DNA of 63,451 nt, counting the filler, from Octopus bimaculoides (Eukaryota): NCBI RefSeq assembly GCF_001194135.2. It is 10 parts of 10 records of this genome, joined end to end, with 100 filler letters (N's around TTAATTAATTAA, not from the genome) between each part and the next. Parts side by side here need not be neighbours in the genome. Positions count along the whole stretch, not along the records: positions 18,291 to 35,971 come from NC_068983.1; positions 36,072 to 44,367 come from NC_069008.1; 8 more parts are not named here. One strand, given 5' to 3'. The position numbers and the translations under genes are program-made. The notes beneath the pieces were generated by a model that had not been told where the DNA came from, did no database searches, and saw only the letters and a program-made list of their open reading frames with translations. Each line of letters begins with the position of its first letter. The first letter of the stretch is position 1. Of this stretch, positions 25,101-38,460 are shown piece by piece.

Positions 25101-26805
25101 CATAATCGTTAAATATATCTGAACGCACAACCACTATTTTTAATTCAAGAACGGTGATGTATTAGTTTCACTTTCACTTTATACAGATAATCAACATGAC
25201 AGCTATTGGAAAGTATATCAATGGAATGAAAAATTCCCCATTAGATAAACGCACTCGCGAGTAAGTTAAACATTTGGACAACAAAATTTGATTCTGATGA
25301 ATCTGGTACACGAATAATGTTTAGTACTTTTCAAAGAAGTAAAGAGGCTCATAGAGCTGACGTCGAAAACAAATGAACTAAATTAAAAATTAAGTACAAA
25401 CCCTAGTCATATGAATAATATATAAAATGCTAGGGAAGGTGTATAAACATAGAATATATGTGATATGAGAGATTTACTCGTCAGAGTATTATTTAATCAA
25501 GCAGTTTAATATTTGATATTCGTCTTGTCTTTTTATGACGAAAAATAACCTGGAATTCAAAAAGCGAAGCTAGATAAATAAATGTTTTAAAAATACTAGT
25601 ATCACCGGAAAAAGACTCCTTTATAAACCATCGCACAATATCTAATATAGACCTTAGCTTTCATACTTGTTTTACTTCTTTGTCATATTAAAAAACATAT
25701 GTACACGTGTTTACACACACACACATTCATATGCATGTTAACTACAACGTTCATTTCACATCTAGTCAATTATATTTTTTGTTGTTAATTAAAAGTCTAT
25801 TTCAAAGTAAACTCTAAAACACATTTCTATTTTTAAAACCGTGTAAACGTTGTTAACTTTAATTTTATAAGAAGTAGCGATAGAACACTATAATTCTTAA
25901 AGTAGTTTCCATGAAAATGAGGCATTACTAATTTGCGTTTCTAGAAAATTCCATTCGTTCCTCTGCAACGGTCCCATTTCTTGTAAGTATATTCTTAATC
26001 ATCTTAAATATTCTTCACACAACTACGACACTTGTAGTTTCATTGCAGCAAACTTCAAAAGTATCCTTCATCAGGGACACGGAAACTTAACATCATTTAA
26101 AAGTACGGTGACAGAGACATTAACTGCATCATTGAAACGATATGGAAACTGAATTGTAAGTCATATAAAATGGATTTGCTAGCCTTAGGTGTCGTTCAGA
26201 ACAGCGATTTATTTTTCTCTCCAAACCCTCCTCAGTATTGATTCACCAGCCATCTTTCTCTGGTATCTTCGCACACCTCAAGCGAGCACACGTAAACCTC
26301 CACACAATAAACCATTAATGCCATAAAGCATAGCAATATTGGTATTAAATGCTTGAGCACTCAGTCACGTTAAAGTATGCGAGACATATTTTGGTATCCG
26401 CATGCTCACACACAGACACACACACAAATACACACACACATACACAAATACTCGTGCACAAATTAATAAATCCAGCTGTCATCAGTTCAGGTAGCACAAG
26501 AAGGAGCTATAGACTCATTTACAAATCACTATGAGAAGCACATTCGTTTCTGCTATATACCAGTATCATATGTGAACTATGAGATTGGTTATTACTATTT
26601 TGTTTTCGATTTTGTCAAAACGACCTTTATATAGTTGCAGATTGATTCAGTATAGTAGCAAGACATTCGGACACACATACACAAAGACGCACACATGCAT
26701 GCATGAATACATACATACATACATACATACATACACACAAACACACATACATACATACATACATACATACATACATGCATGCATGCATGCATGCATACCT
26801 GATAT

Positions 26806-27428
26806 ATGATTTGGGATACAGAAGAGAAACTGTGCACAGTTGTGGAAATTAGCTGCCCAGCGGATGTTAACATAAAGCTGAAGATCAGTAAAAAAGAGAA
26901 CACCAATGCTGAACTATTGAGAAATCTACAGTTACTCTATCAAGATTACGAGTTCAGGTTTATACCTGTAATTATTGGATCCCTATGATATGTAATACAC
27001 TGCCTAAATACCAATCTAGAGAAATTAGGCTTCTCAAAACCAGAAAGGAGAAATCTAATTCGAAGACTACAGATCCAATCCATCACTGGAACTGTAAACA
27101 TCTGTAAAACTTGCCAGAAGTTTATCATTTAAATATATATGAGCATGTCTAGAAATGCGAGTATATGCATGAGAATACATACATAAAACATACAAACCTT
27201 CACAAACATACATACATACAGACACACACACATACATACATACATACATACATACATACATACATACATACATACACACACACACATATATACGTACGTA
27301 CATACATACATGCACGCATACATAAAAAATACCCTGTTGTTGATGTTGAAATTCCAATGAAGGAACCGTGGATCTAGGTTAGAAACCGGTTCTTTCTCAA
27401 TTGGCAAGAAATCTCGAAATAAACTGAA

Positions 27429-27430
<2 letters not shown>
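26806..27430 (+). mobile_element. RLE-type (R2/R4-group) LINE 3' fragment
   Basis: IWDTEEKLCTVVEISCPADVN...LYQDYEFRFIPVIIGSL...LGFSKPERRNLIRRLQIQSITGTVNICK, then a UTR with a microsatellite and AATAAA. Confidence 0.7.
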
Positions 27431-27466
<36 letters not shown>

Positions 27467-27680
27467 GAAAGAGAGAAAGAGACAGAGACAGAGACAAAGT
27501 GAGTGAGAAAGAAAGAAAAGAGAGTAAAAAAGAGTGACCGATAGATGGACAAACACAAGCACAAATACGCATCCAGTCACACAGGACACATCAAATGACA
27601 CAAAAAACCACACCCACAAAATGTACTACCAAATACTACGCGTACGCAAACATATTCACAAGCACACAACAACACGTCCT

Positions 27681-27891
27681 CACGAGGGTGAGCTGAAAAG
27701 TTCCTGGCTTTAATGTTATAGTGAAAGGCCAGGTTGTAGGCCCAATATTCTAAATTCTTTTACAGGGCTTAGAAAAACTGAGGAACCACTGTAATGAGAG
27801 TGTAAATCGGAAAGAAAATGTTAAATAAAATTAACTGTCTACCTGTAGTTTCGTTTGCCCAAAGCCAGGAGTATTTCAGCATTCCCTCGTA
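27681..27891. mobile_element. Mariner-type MITE, copy 1
   Basis: TIRs CACGAGGGTGAGCTGAAAAGTTCCTGGCTTT and AAAGCCAGGAGTATTTCAGCATTCCCTCGTA. Confidence 0.75.
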
Positions 27892-29009
27892 GATGAACTA
27901 CTCTCCTCCTATTCGCCATCCAGTCAGAAGGTACCCATTTTAGCCTGTATATATATTTTTTGGCAAGTCAGACAATGGCCAATCATGGAGATGAAGAGAT
28001 TTAACCACGTGTCTTTGCACGCTGGAATTATTTTTATTACTTCTTTTTCATTCCCTGTCCAGTCCCTCGTGGTCTTTCCTAATTTTCTCCACCTATCTGA
28101 AAAATGACCTAGTCCGAAACGTTATAGCCGTTCAGTATTTCCTTTTCATTGAACGTGAAATTCTGAATACTGATTAGGAATTCATGCTCGCTTTCTGTAC
28201 GTTGTATATTGATATCTGTTCTTAGCTATATAAATGTATGTAGCTATATACATATATGTACATACACACACACACATATATACATGAATATATATATATA
28301 TATACACATATACATACAATAATGCAAACATATACTCACGCACACACAAACATATACACTGGCTTTCCTGGATTTTAAGCCGATATGTGTGTATGTGTGT
28401 CCGCTTGTGTGTGCGTGTGTGTGTGTGTGTGTAAGTGTGTGTGTGTGTGTGTGTAAGTGTNNNNNNNNNNGTGTGTAAGTGTGTGTGTGTGTGTGTGTAA
28501 GTGTGTGTGTGTGTGTGTGTGTACATAGCAACCACAAAAATGTGTCGTAATTTGCGTCAGCAATAAATATATTTATTCATAAAGTCTAAGTTTGTTTTTT
28601 AAGTATATATCCGGTTGGGAGAAGCAGAGTTTTTTGTGATTTGGTACAATGTTTGTATTTGGTAAGCAAGAATGATGTTTTTTCTTTATCTTTGGTGCAC
28701 AAAAGCACAGACACAATTAATAATAACAGGAAATTACACAGAATAATTATTGTATATGCACAAAATTGAAATGAGCAGAGAAAGAAAAATGATTCGATGA
28801 GATATTTAGAGAATTTGAGTAGTGGTGTAATTCAAAGCGAAGAACAGAAAATCCTGAAGTAATAGAAACGTTAGAAAAAGTCAATAACGGGTTACTGGTC
28901 AGTTTCAAGTAGCGAGTGATCTTTTTTGTGACATATGATTACAATTCTATGCTTGCGCATACGAAAGGTTGGAATTGAACTACTGACAACGCTCTTATAT
29001 AAGCACATG

Positions 29010-29232
29010 TACGAGGTAATGCTGACAAGTACTTGGCTGTAAGGATGTCGTGAACGGCCTGGTTGGAGGCCCAAACTTCCAAGTTCTTTTACAGGCTTTA
29101 GAAAATATGAAGGACTGCTGTAATATGCGTGTGAATCTGAGAGCGGAATATGTTGAATAAAATCATAATTAACTGATCCTCCTGTATACTCTTTTACCAA
29201 AAGCGAGGAATTTTTCAGCACTTTGTCTTATA
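29010..29232. mobile_element. Mariner-type MITE, copy 2
   Basis: TACGAGGTAATGCTGACAAGTACTTGGC...AAAGCGAGGAATTTTTCAGCAC; the internal region aligns with 27681-27891. Confidence 0.65.
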
Positions 29233-29979
29233 TTACTCACGAATTATAAATTCACTGACACATATCTAGAAACACACAGGCATGCTTGCAGATACGCATT
29301 CACTGCACAATCATATATCATTACAATTATATCTCAAATACCCATCAATTCTCTAAACGGTCACCTGTCTTCTGTACAAGCCCACTCCTATCTCTTCAAT
29401 TCTCCCCTCATCATAGATATTTGAAATACTCCTTCCCAATCTTTCGATTTCTACGACCTCGCTGATTACGCAGCAACAATTTGGATTTCATCTTCAAATC
29501 TTAAGAAGCAGATTTTCCTCAGTCGTAGGTTGTGTCGATCACTGTGGATCCCGTACGCCACGGGATCTTGGCAGTCGCCTTTGCTCGCTATTCTTTACAT
29601 GCTCATGGAGCCCACTCACGTTTACTTCTTACTTAAATATTATCAGCAGTTAATCGTCTAACATCTATTATTCTTCACACGGCGCCTACACCTTGATAAG
29701 ATATACATACACACAGATATGTGCGTGTGTATGTGTACAATGTATTCGTAAAGCCAACTAAAGCAAGGTGGGTGATATATGGGTATTAATCTTACACATC
29801 AATCTTTGACCATTTATCTCCTCGTCCACAAACAATCCACTGAGAGTTGGCATTGTTCCACCTCGCTCTTAATATCTCTTTATTTATTCATTTTTTAATA
29901 TTTTTAATATTTACTTCACTCTCGCTTTCTTTCTATCTATCTCTGTCTTTGCTTGCCTGTCTATCTGTCTGTCTGTCTG

Positions 29980-30023
<44 letters not shown>

Positions 30024-30049
30024 CTCTCTCTCTATCTCTCTATCTCCCT

Positions 30050-30086
<37 letters not shown>

Positions 30087-30355
30087 TTCCTGCAGCATTT
30101 AAATATAAGTACTTTTCAGTTCATTCACAGTCAAATCAAATTTAAACTTCCCATTCTATTTATCCATTGGGTTTTGTCAGTTACATACAGTGCTTTATGT
30201 TCATGAAATGTTGTTATTTCTTGATAATACTGTAATGAGTTTTGCAACTAGAGAGTTAAGACGTGTAAAAGGGACATGATGGACCCAAGAGGTTTCCGAA
30301 AAATTTGTTATCGATTTCATTTTCAAAATCCAGAGATTATTTCATACATGGGTGT

Positions 30356-30399
<44 letters not shown>

Positions 30400-30444
30400 N
30401 NNNNNNNNNAGAGAGAGAGAGATTAAGAGAGAGAGAGAGAGATA

Positions 30445-30485
<41 letters not shown>

Positions 30486-31007
30486 TGTCTCAACAATTAA
30501 GCTCATGGCTTTTATGCTGAACCTTTTGTTCTGCTAAATTTTTCAATATATAAATAGTTAAGTACCTGCAAGAATGTATCTGTGCTATATAATTGACATT
30601 AAGAAAAGTACAATACTGTAAAATACTGTAAAACAAACAGTTTCGTATAGATATCTGGATTTATATATTCTCTCAGTACGTGACAGTTTGAACATTTATT
30701 GTTAACAATTGATGAGAAGTTTGGAAATTAAAATGCGAAACAAATATAGTTTTCTGAGACGGCACCAATGAAGTAAAACACGAATTGTTAGAGATTTATA
30801 GCTATTATTGGTGATAATTCTCTACTTCAATCAGGGCGCTTCAAAACATATCAAGGCGAGACGGTTTCAAATTTTGCTTGATGCAAATTCGCTTTAGGTA
30901 AGTCTTTACTGTCTTTGGACAAAGTTTAGATGTCATAATTTCTCTTTTCTTAAAGAAGAATGGAAAAAAAGTTTATTTTTTATAAAACTGTTTCAGCATG
31001 TGTAATA

Positions 31008-31041
<34 letters not shown>

Positions 31042-31701
31042 CGTACGTTTTGCTGTATGAATGTATGTACGTATATATATATACATATACATATGTGTGT
31101 GTTTGTGTTTCTGTGTGTATATGCATGTATGGTAAATATCCGTGTGATTTTCAAGCTTTAAAAAATTATACATTGCTATTTACTAAATAGATTATTGTCC
31201 TGAGTGCGAATTGCTTCATATTTATTGATCATATATTCTTTTAAATGAGTAACCAAGTAACTTGAACGTTTCCCAAAACTGCCGATATTTTTTCTCCGTG
31301 TGGGGGTTAACTGATCTACTTTGAATTCTCTTTTTCTATGAGATACAATAAAACTCCCGCACTAGATTTTAAAACTAATTAGCTGGTATTTCAACACTAT
31401 TCATCCAGCCATTTTGCCTCTATACATAGACAAAATGAGATCAATATTTGAAAGTAACATACTCTGATATTAAGGTGCACCTACTAAGCATATTAAAAAC
31501 AAACTTGACTTATTTCTCCGTATGGAACATGTATGCGATTTTTATTGATGCAGAATAGAAATCAAACTGGCAAAAAATAAAATAAGAGTTTTAAAAAGTT
31601 CAAAGAAAATAAATCAAACGAGAATTTTAACTACAAAACAGTTTATAATTAGTCCCAATTGTTGCTGATTATTCACTATTTTTACAATATTTCAGACTTA
31701 C

Positions 31702-31771
31702 TTTGCAGTCCGTTTCTCTGTCGAACTGGAAGATTTCCAATTTATGGCAATATATTTCTCCCCATCTCAAT
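31702..31771 (-). CDS. Candidate 70-nt exon of an unidentified gene (LRWGEIYCHKLEIFQFDRETDCK)
   Basis: Acceptor TTTATTGTATTTGTACAG, donor GTAAGT, one open frame; protein not recognised. Confidence 0.4.
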
Positions 31772-34700
31772 CTGTACAAATACAATAAAGTTATGTTACT
31801 ATACATTTTAAAATCTATACAGTTTGGTGATATGTCTGCAGATAATTTTCTTTGTAAGATTGATAAATTTGGCTTTAAACCAAACAGGAATATATGTCAA
31901 TTCCACTTCTATTTGTCGCAAGTTTGAAACTGGTTTCAGTTGAGTTTCTGATTTAAGCTTTTGGGGAGTGAAGGATACTAACTTTTGGCATAAAATGAAT
32001 AGTATTCTCAGAGAAATACTGGGTACTGTAAACAAATTCGATTCCAGAAGTCACTCCGATATCTAAGAGCATTAACAGATAATTCCTTATATTCCTTATC
32101 GTAGTAAAGACATCATTTAAACGATATTTTGCTATGTGTATGTTTGTGCGTGTATGCATGCGTGGTAGCTATGTATGTATTTGTGTGCGTGATTTATCGA
32201 GTAAACATTTATGTAAGTATCATGCCTTCATATTTGATTATTAAAAGCCTTTTCTTGTCCTTAGCATCATAATCCAAATTAATATGAATCTATGCTTCTC
32301 CTAACACGGTGATTTCTTAGTTATTTACATATTTAAAAGTGATACCATCATTCTTTTATGTCATGTATAAATGCATTCTCAAAAGCCTTTCTGTTGCAAA
32401 GTTACCAATTTTTACTCTAAATTGATATCTCCCCCTTTTAGCCCTTTCAGCAGAAGTGTTGCTAAGGAGTAAATGACTGTAATAGAAATCCTTTCCTATC
32501 AGATGTTCCGCTCATTGTGATACATGGAGATCAAATGGCTTATATAAAAGGACATTTGTGAAATTAATATCTGTCTGTGTTTTTAAAGTTATAGTCATGT
32601 TTGGTTTGTTTATTAATCTAACCATTTACTTTTAAGCTGTATATATAATATCTATATTTCAATTTAATTGACTGCAGCAAACAATAAAATATTATGCTGT
32701 GCGATGTTTAAGTCACAAACAGCTGCAATATGTTAATGAAAGTATTAATATTTTATTACTTTGTTTATGGCGAATAAGAGAATGGAACTTAAAAGCAAAG
32801 GTTGCCTCCCTCCATCACACTTTTGTTTTGTATCCAGTCTAGGATACACTGAATAAAATGACACCCCTGCTCTGTGTTAGAGTGATACTGCATATCTTTA
32901 ATATGATTGTTATTGGCAAATGGCAATCAATCAATTGAAATGTGTCCTTGCTTTTCAAAACAAAAGATAAAAAAGCACGACTTCTTGAATTTTCCAGATA
33001 GCTAATTCAAGATAACTAAACAGTTATAATTAGTGAATAAAAAAACAACCCTCTTCAGTCATGAATGACCATGGGATTGCACCTAGAAAGTTCCCCTCCA
33101 AGGCACAATTCCGGGCAAGGTTGTTTATGGAAGAGCAGCAGTCGCCCATGCATACCAGCCTCCCATCTCCACACCACTAATGTTATCCAAAGAAAAGGCA
33201 ATGGCTGGTGCAGCTTGGCACCAGAGACATCGCAACTCATTTCTACATCTCAGTGAACTGAAATAATATGAAATAAAGTGTCTTGTTCAAGAACACAACA
33301 CACATAATCAGTAGACATAAGGCGGCGAGCTGGCAGAATCGTGAACACGCTGGACGAAATGCTTAGCGGTATTTCGCCTGCCACAACGTTGTGAGCTCAA
33401 ATTCCGCCGAGGTCGACTTTGCTTTTCATCCTTTCGAGGTCGATAAATTAAGTACCAGTAAAACACTGGGGTTCATGTAATCGATCGTCCTCCTTCCCCA
33501 AATTTCAGGCCGTGTGCCTATAGTAGAAAGGATAATTAGTAGACATTACAATAACCTTTGTGTGGCAGATCAATCTGCTAGAAATAGCAGTAGCTCAATC
33601 TCCATTAAGTCATACTCCATTTTCTTTAAAATAAACGACACATTCTCTAATGTAGCTTAGAAAAACAGAAATAGAAAAAATGAAAAGGTCACGGTTAGAA
33701 CCCCTTTCTTCATAGGACTTCTTGATCGAAACTGGTCTGGGGGTAGGAAGGCGTTAAACAGCAACATAAACATAAATAGAATCCAGAATGTAATGAAATA
33801 ATGTAATTCACCACAAATTCTAATATTGTTTTCTGACTACAATATTACTATGCTGATTTTAATCTCAACAAGTAGTTTCCCTTTGATCTTAACAAAAACC
33901 TTTAAGCTTCAATCAGAAATGAAATAATTTCAATTTCCTCCGTCCAAACGGTATTCCCTTTAGTTATTTATTTTGCAACCACTTTACAACGTTATCATAC
34001 TTGAACTATGAGATTGGTTATTACTGTCTTGTTTTCAACTTAATAAAGAAGACCTTTACATAGTTTCAGATTGGCTCAATATAGTAGCAAAATCTCAGAA
34101 TACACTCACCAATGCTGAAGAACATTGAAACTACGTACTTTAAATTTAATTAAAGTTCTTCCGACTTATGTGAATATAACAAATTGTATACAAATCAAAG
34201 TATTATGCTATGCATGCATTATTTGTAGTATCTGCAACAAATAAGGATTTTTGTACTGATACTACGATAAGCTGGAGCCATGCTGAAGTAAACTATCTAA
34301 TACATCTGGTAACTTTTGAAAGCTTTACAGGTTGACACTAGTCAAGCTAATAATTTCAAAATTAATGCGTTATAGAAATCAATATCAGTGCAAATAGAAC
34401 ACTAAGCATCATAACTAAAAATAAAATAGTACGTTAGTACGAAGGCACATCCCTGTATTACGAATGGAGTAATACACCAATGTGCTTAAGGTTCTGTTCT
34501 GTTTCTTCTTGAGCGAGTCAGATCTATATCTAATCCATTCTTAGGCGTGGTCAAGCAAATATACTATCTCTATAAGTTTGTAACTTTAGCAAGAAGTACT
34601 TGAGGTACATTTTCGCTTCTTGGACGTAGGGCTCTGAAGACGACAGGTAAGGGAAGCTGGTTGTCCGTTCACTTCAGCACCTTTCGGAAACGTTTGGAGT

Positions 34701-35902
34701 AGGTGACCAAACATTCTACATTTTTACAACTCACGTGTGCTAAATAGGTTAGTTCATTTTTTTTAAACACTCTGTGTAAACATTAATAGAAAGGGATGAT
34801 GATAATAAATGAATGATTCAATTTGTCCAATTCAATATATCAACCTGCCTTGCCAATGATAGCCTTTGGAACACATTCTGAAGCCCCACATTTCTACGCA
34901 CTTGGCAATGAGAATATCACATACAAAAGTTCGACACACCAATGGAAGGGACGTGAACTTCATGTTTCTTTCTTGTTTTTTAAAGTCATTGTAAAAGAGT
35001 TTTAACACGAAATGTCAAGATTAATTACATGTTTGTAAGGTAACTGTCCAAAATCTTTGCTAGTGTTATTCTTTATGTTAAATTTACTATCACCTTCTAT
35101 AATGCATTAATTGCTTTCATATTTCACGTTGCCCTCAGCAATCTACAACACTCTTCTATTATCATTACTAATTTGCTGAATAATAACGACACATATTTTA
35201 ACCTCATTGATTGGGATACATAATTTATATTGCTTATGACAATACTGTAGGATTTTGAATATTTTCTCTTTGGTTCAACACCACCAAATTGTTCAACTTC
35301 AATAACTTTCTATATAAAACACGAAATCATTTCATGTTATCAACGTTAGACAGTATTAAGCAAGGTTATCACCTAGAAAGCTGACTATTAAAGAAATGCT
35401 ATCAAATGCCAGTTAGATATTGCAATAACTGTCCACTGTGAAGCCAATTAATGAGAAAAGTGAGAGAGAATTCCCCCATTAGGCAGCGTGCCAGCAATCT
35501 CATCTATTATAGAGGAATAAGAAATATGACTATAAATTTAAGGGAAATTAAGTAAAGGAAACTATAAAATTACCGAACTAAATACCTTATACATTCAGTC
35601 ACATTCTTTTGAATCTTTAGTTCAAATTCTGTTTCAACTATGAATTTCTTATTCTAAATTCAATAATATAAACAATTAATTGTTTTATGCTAGGGTCGAT
35701 TCAATTGATTACAATCACACTCATCTAAATATAGTACATGCGCCAAATAAAACAAATCAATATTATAATGAATCTATATACTTATCATGTACCTAACTCT
35801 CTCCGTTAAACTTGAATCATCGGATGTTGATATCTAAAACGTGTCATCACTATTACTTCAATTATAATAATAATAATAATAATTATAATAATAATAATAA
35901 TA

Positions 35903-35947
<45 letters not shown>

Positions 35948-36071
35948 TAGTTTTATTTTTATAACGTGCTTNNNNNNNNNNNNNNNNNNNNNNNNNNNNN
36001 NNNNNNNNNNNNNNNTTAATTAATTAANNNNNNNNNNNNNNNNNNNNNNNNNNNNNNNNNNNNNNNNNNNN

Positions 36072-36149
<78 letters not shown>

Positions 36150-36976
36150 ACGCACACACAAACACACACGCATACATATGTACATAACATACATACATAC
36201 ATATGTATATATACATATATATTCTCATTGTTCAATGTTTATGCATGTGTGTGTGTCTGTGTGTGTCCGTGTGCCTCACCACTGCTTTACAAGCGGTGTT
36301 GGTGTGTTTACGTCCACGTAACCTAGCGGTTCGGCCACGATAGAATTAAGTACTAGGCTTAACAAAAAATACGTACTTGGGTCGATTCATTTGATAAAAA
36401 ATTCTTCAAAGCGGTGCCCCGGCATGGCCGCAGTCTAAATAACTAAGACAAGTAAAAAGTTAAACGAAATATTGTCTTGAAAAACGGCGGCTTTGACCAT
36501 AGTCCTGCTTGATCAAGGCTGCTTTGTGGCCATCGAACACAACCACTACCACCAACACCACCTACCCCCATTGCCACCAATCCCGACTTCAGTGTCACGT
36601 GACGGCTGGACGCCACCGGCTCCACCGATCCAGGGTCGACACTGTGCCCCACCGATGCCTTGATGCCGCCCCACCATTAGGTTGTCACTGCCTTTTGCCA
36701 GTAAACCCCCCCTCCCTAAGTCTCTTCATTAAGCAATAATTTGTCCCCATCACACTCCTTTGTTTACTTCTGTCTCTCCCCCACCCTCTTTTTCACTCGT
36801 TCCTTCCCCCTCCCCCACCTGAAAAGGCAGTGAAGTACTTATGGGAAGTGGGACGGCCTTGCGCGAATATCTTATGTGGTAAGCGCTAGGTGAATAGATG
36901 CTTATGTGACTATATATGTGTGCGGATGTGTGCGCCCGTGATATTCTCCATCTGTCTCTGTCTTTGTCTCACCCTT

Positions 36977-37009
<33 letters not shown>

Positions 37010-37225
37010 ATCTCTTTCTCTCGCTTTCTCTTCCTCTCTATTTGTGTGTGTTCTTTGTGATAGGCGCATGCGCGCGCGTATGTATGTGTGCGCGTGAATG
37101 CATCTGTGCTGATGCAATTATGAGAGTGTTAATAAGTATGTGTATACTTAACATGTGTTTGACGGTTTCCTGATAATAAAATGCGTTAAAGTACTACTTT
37201 ACATATGGACACTCTTCATGCACAA

Positions 37226-37279
<54 letters not shown>

Positions 37280-37974
37280 TATGTGTGTGTATATGTATGT
37301 GTGTCTGTATATATATATGTGTGTGTGAATGTGTGTGTTTGTATGTGTGTGTGTGTGTGTATATGTGTATGCGTGTGTATATCTATATGTGTGTATGTGT
37401 GTGTCTGTATATATATATATATATACATTATACATATATATATGTGTATGTGTGTGTGTGTACGCGTGTGTGTATATATATATGTGTGTGTGTGTGTATT
37501 TNNNNNNNNNNNNNNNNNNNNNNNNNNNNNNNNNNNNNNNNNNNNNNNNNNNNNNNNNNNNNNNNNNNNNNNNNNNNNNNNNNNNNNNNNNNNNNNNNNN
37601 NNNNNNNNNNNNNNNNNNNNNNNNNNNNNNNNNNNNNNNNNNNNNNNNNNNNNNNNNNNNNNNNNNNNNNNNNNNNNNNNNNNNNNNNNNNNNNNNNNNN
37701 NNNNNNNNNNNNNNNNNNNNNNNNNNNNNNNNNNNNNNNNNNNNNNNNNNNNNNNNNNNNNNNNNNNNNNNNNNNNNNNNNNNNNNNNNNNNNNNNNNNN
37801 NNNNNNNNNNNNNNNNNNNNNNNNNNNNNNNNNNNNNNNNNNNNNNNNNNNNNNNNNNNNNNNNNNNNNNNNNNNNNNNNNNNNNNNNNNNNNNNNNNNN
37901 NNNNNNNNNNNNNNNNNNNNNNNNNNNNNNNNNNNNNNNNNNNNNNNNNNNNNNNNNNNNNNNNNNNNNNNNNG

Positions 37975-38460
37975 GCGGTGGTAGTGGTGGTGGTGGTGGT
38001 GGTGGTTTTGGTGGTGGTGGTGGTGGTAGAGGTAATTATGCAGTGGTGGTGGAGGTGGTAGTAATTGCTGTTAGTTGAGATGATGGTCGTAGAGATGCTA
38101 CTGGTCGTGATAATGATGATGATGATGATGATGATAATTGTGGAGGTGAAAGTGGTAATGGTCGTTGTATTGGTGGGTCCCAGCTCCACCACCACCACCA
38201 CCACCACCACCACCATCCCACTTTCATTATCATCACTGCACCATCCACGATGTCGACGACAATGACGACGACGACCACCACCACCTGCACCACAACTGCC
38301 ACAGCTACCACCACCAACTTACCACTATCACCTTAACACCACCGCTATCACCACCACTACTACCACCACTACCACCACCACCATTACCACTCACCATCAC
38401 CACCATCATCACCTCCACCATCACCACTACCATCACTACCACCACCACCAAACCATTTAT
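37975..38460. repeat. Degenerate (GGT)n tract followed by a degenerate (ACC)n tract
   Basis: Visible low-complexity tracts that produce the poly-T/P/H/V ORFs. Dozens of other (CA)n, (TA)n, (ATAC)n, (GATA)n, (AAT)n and (CT)n arrays occur throughout the window. Confidence 0.9.

Noticed and set aside
26010-26085. Minus-strand CTGATGA...GAAACTAC...GTAG hammerhead-like match
   Set aside because: Stem I cannot pair and stem II does not fold.
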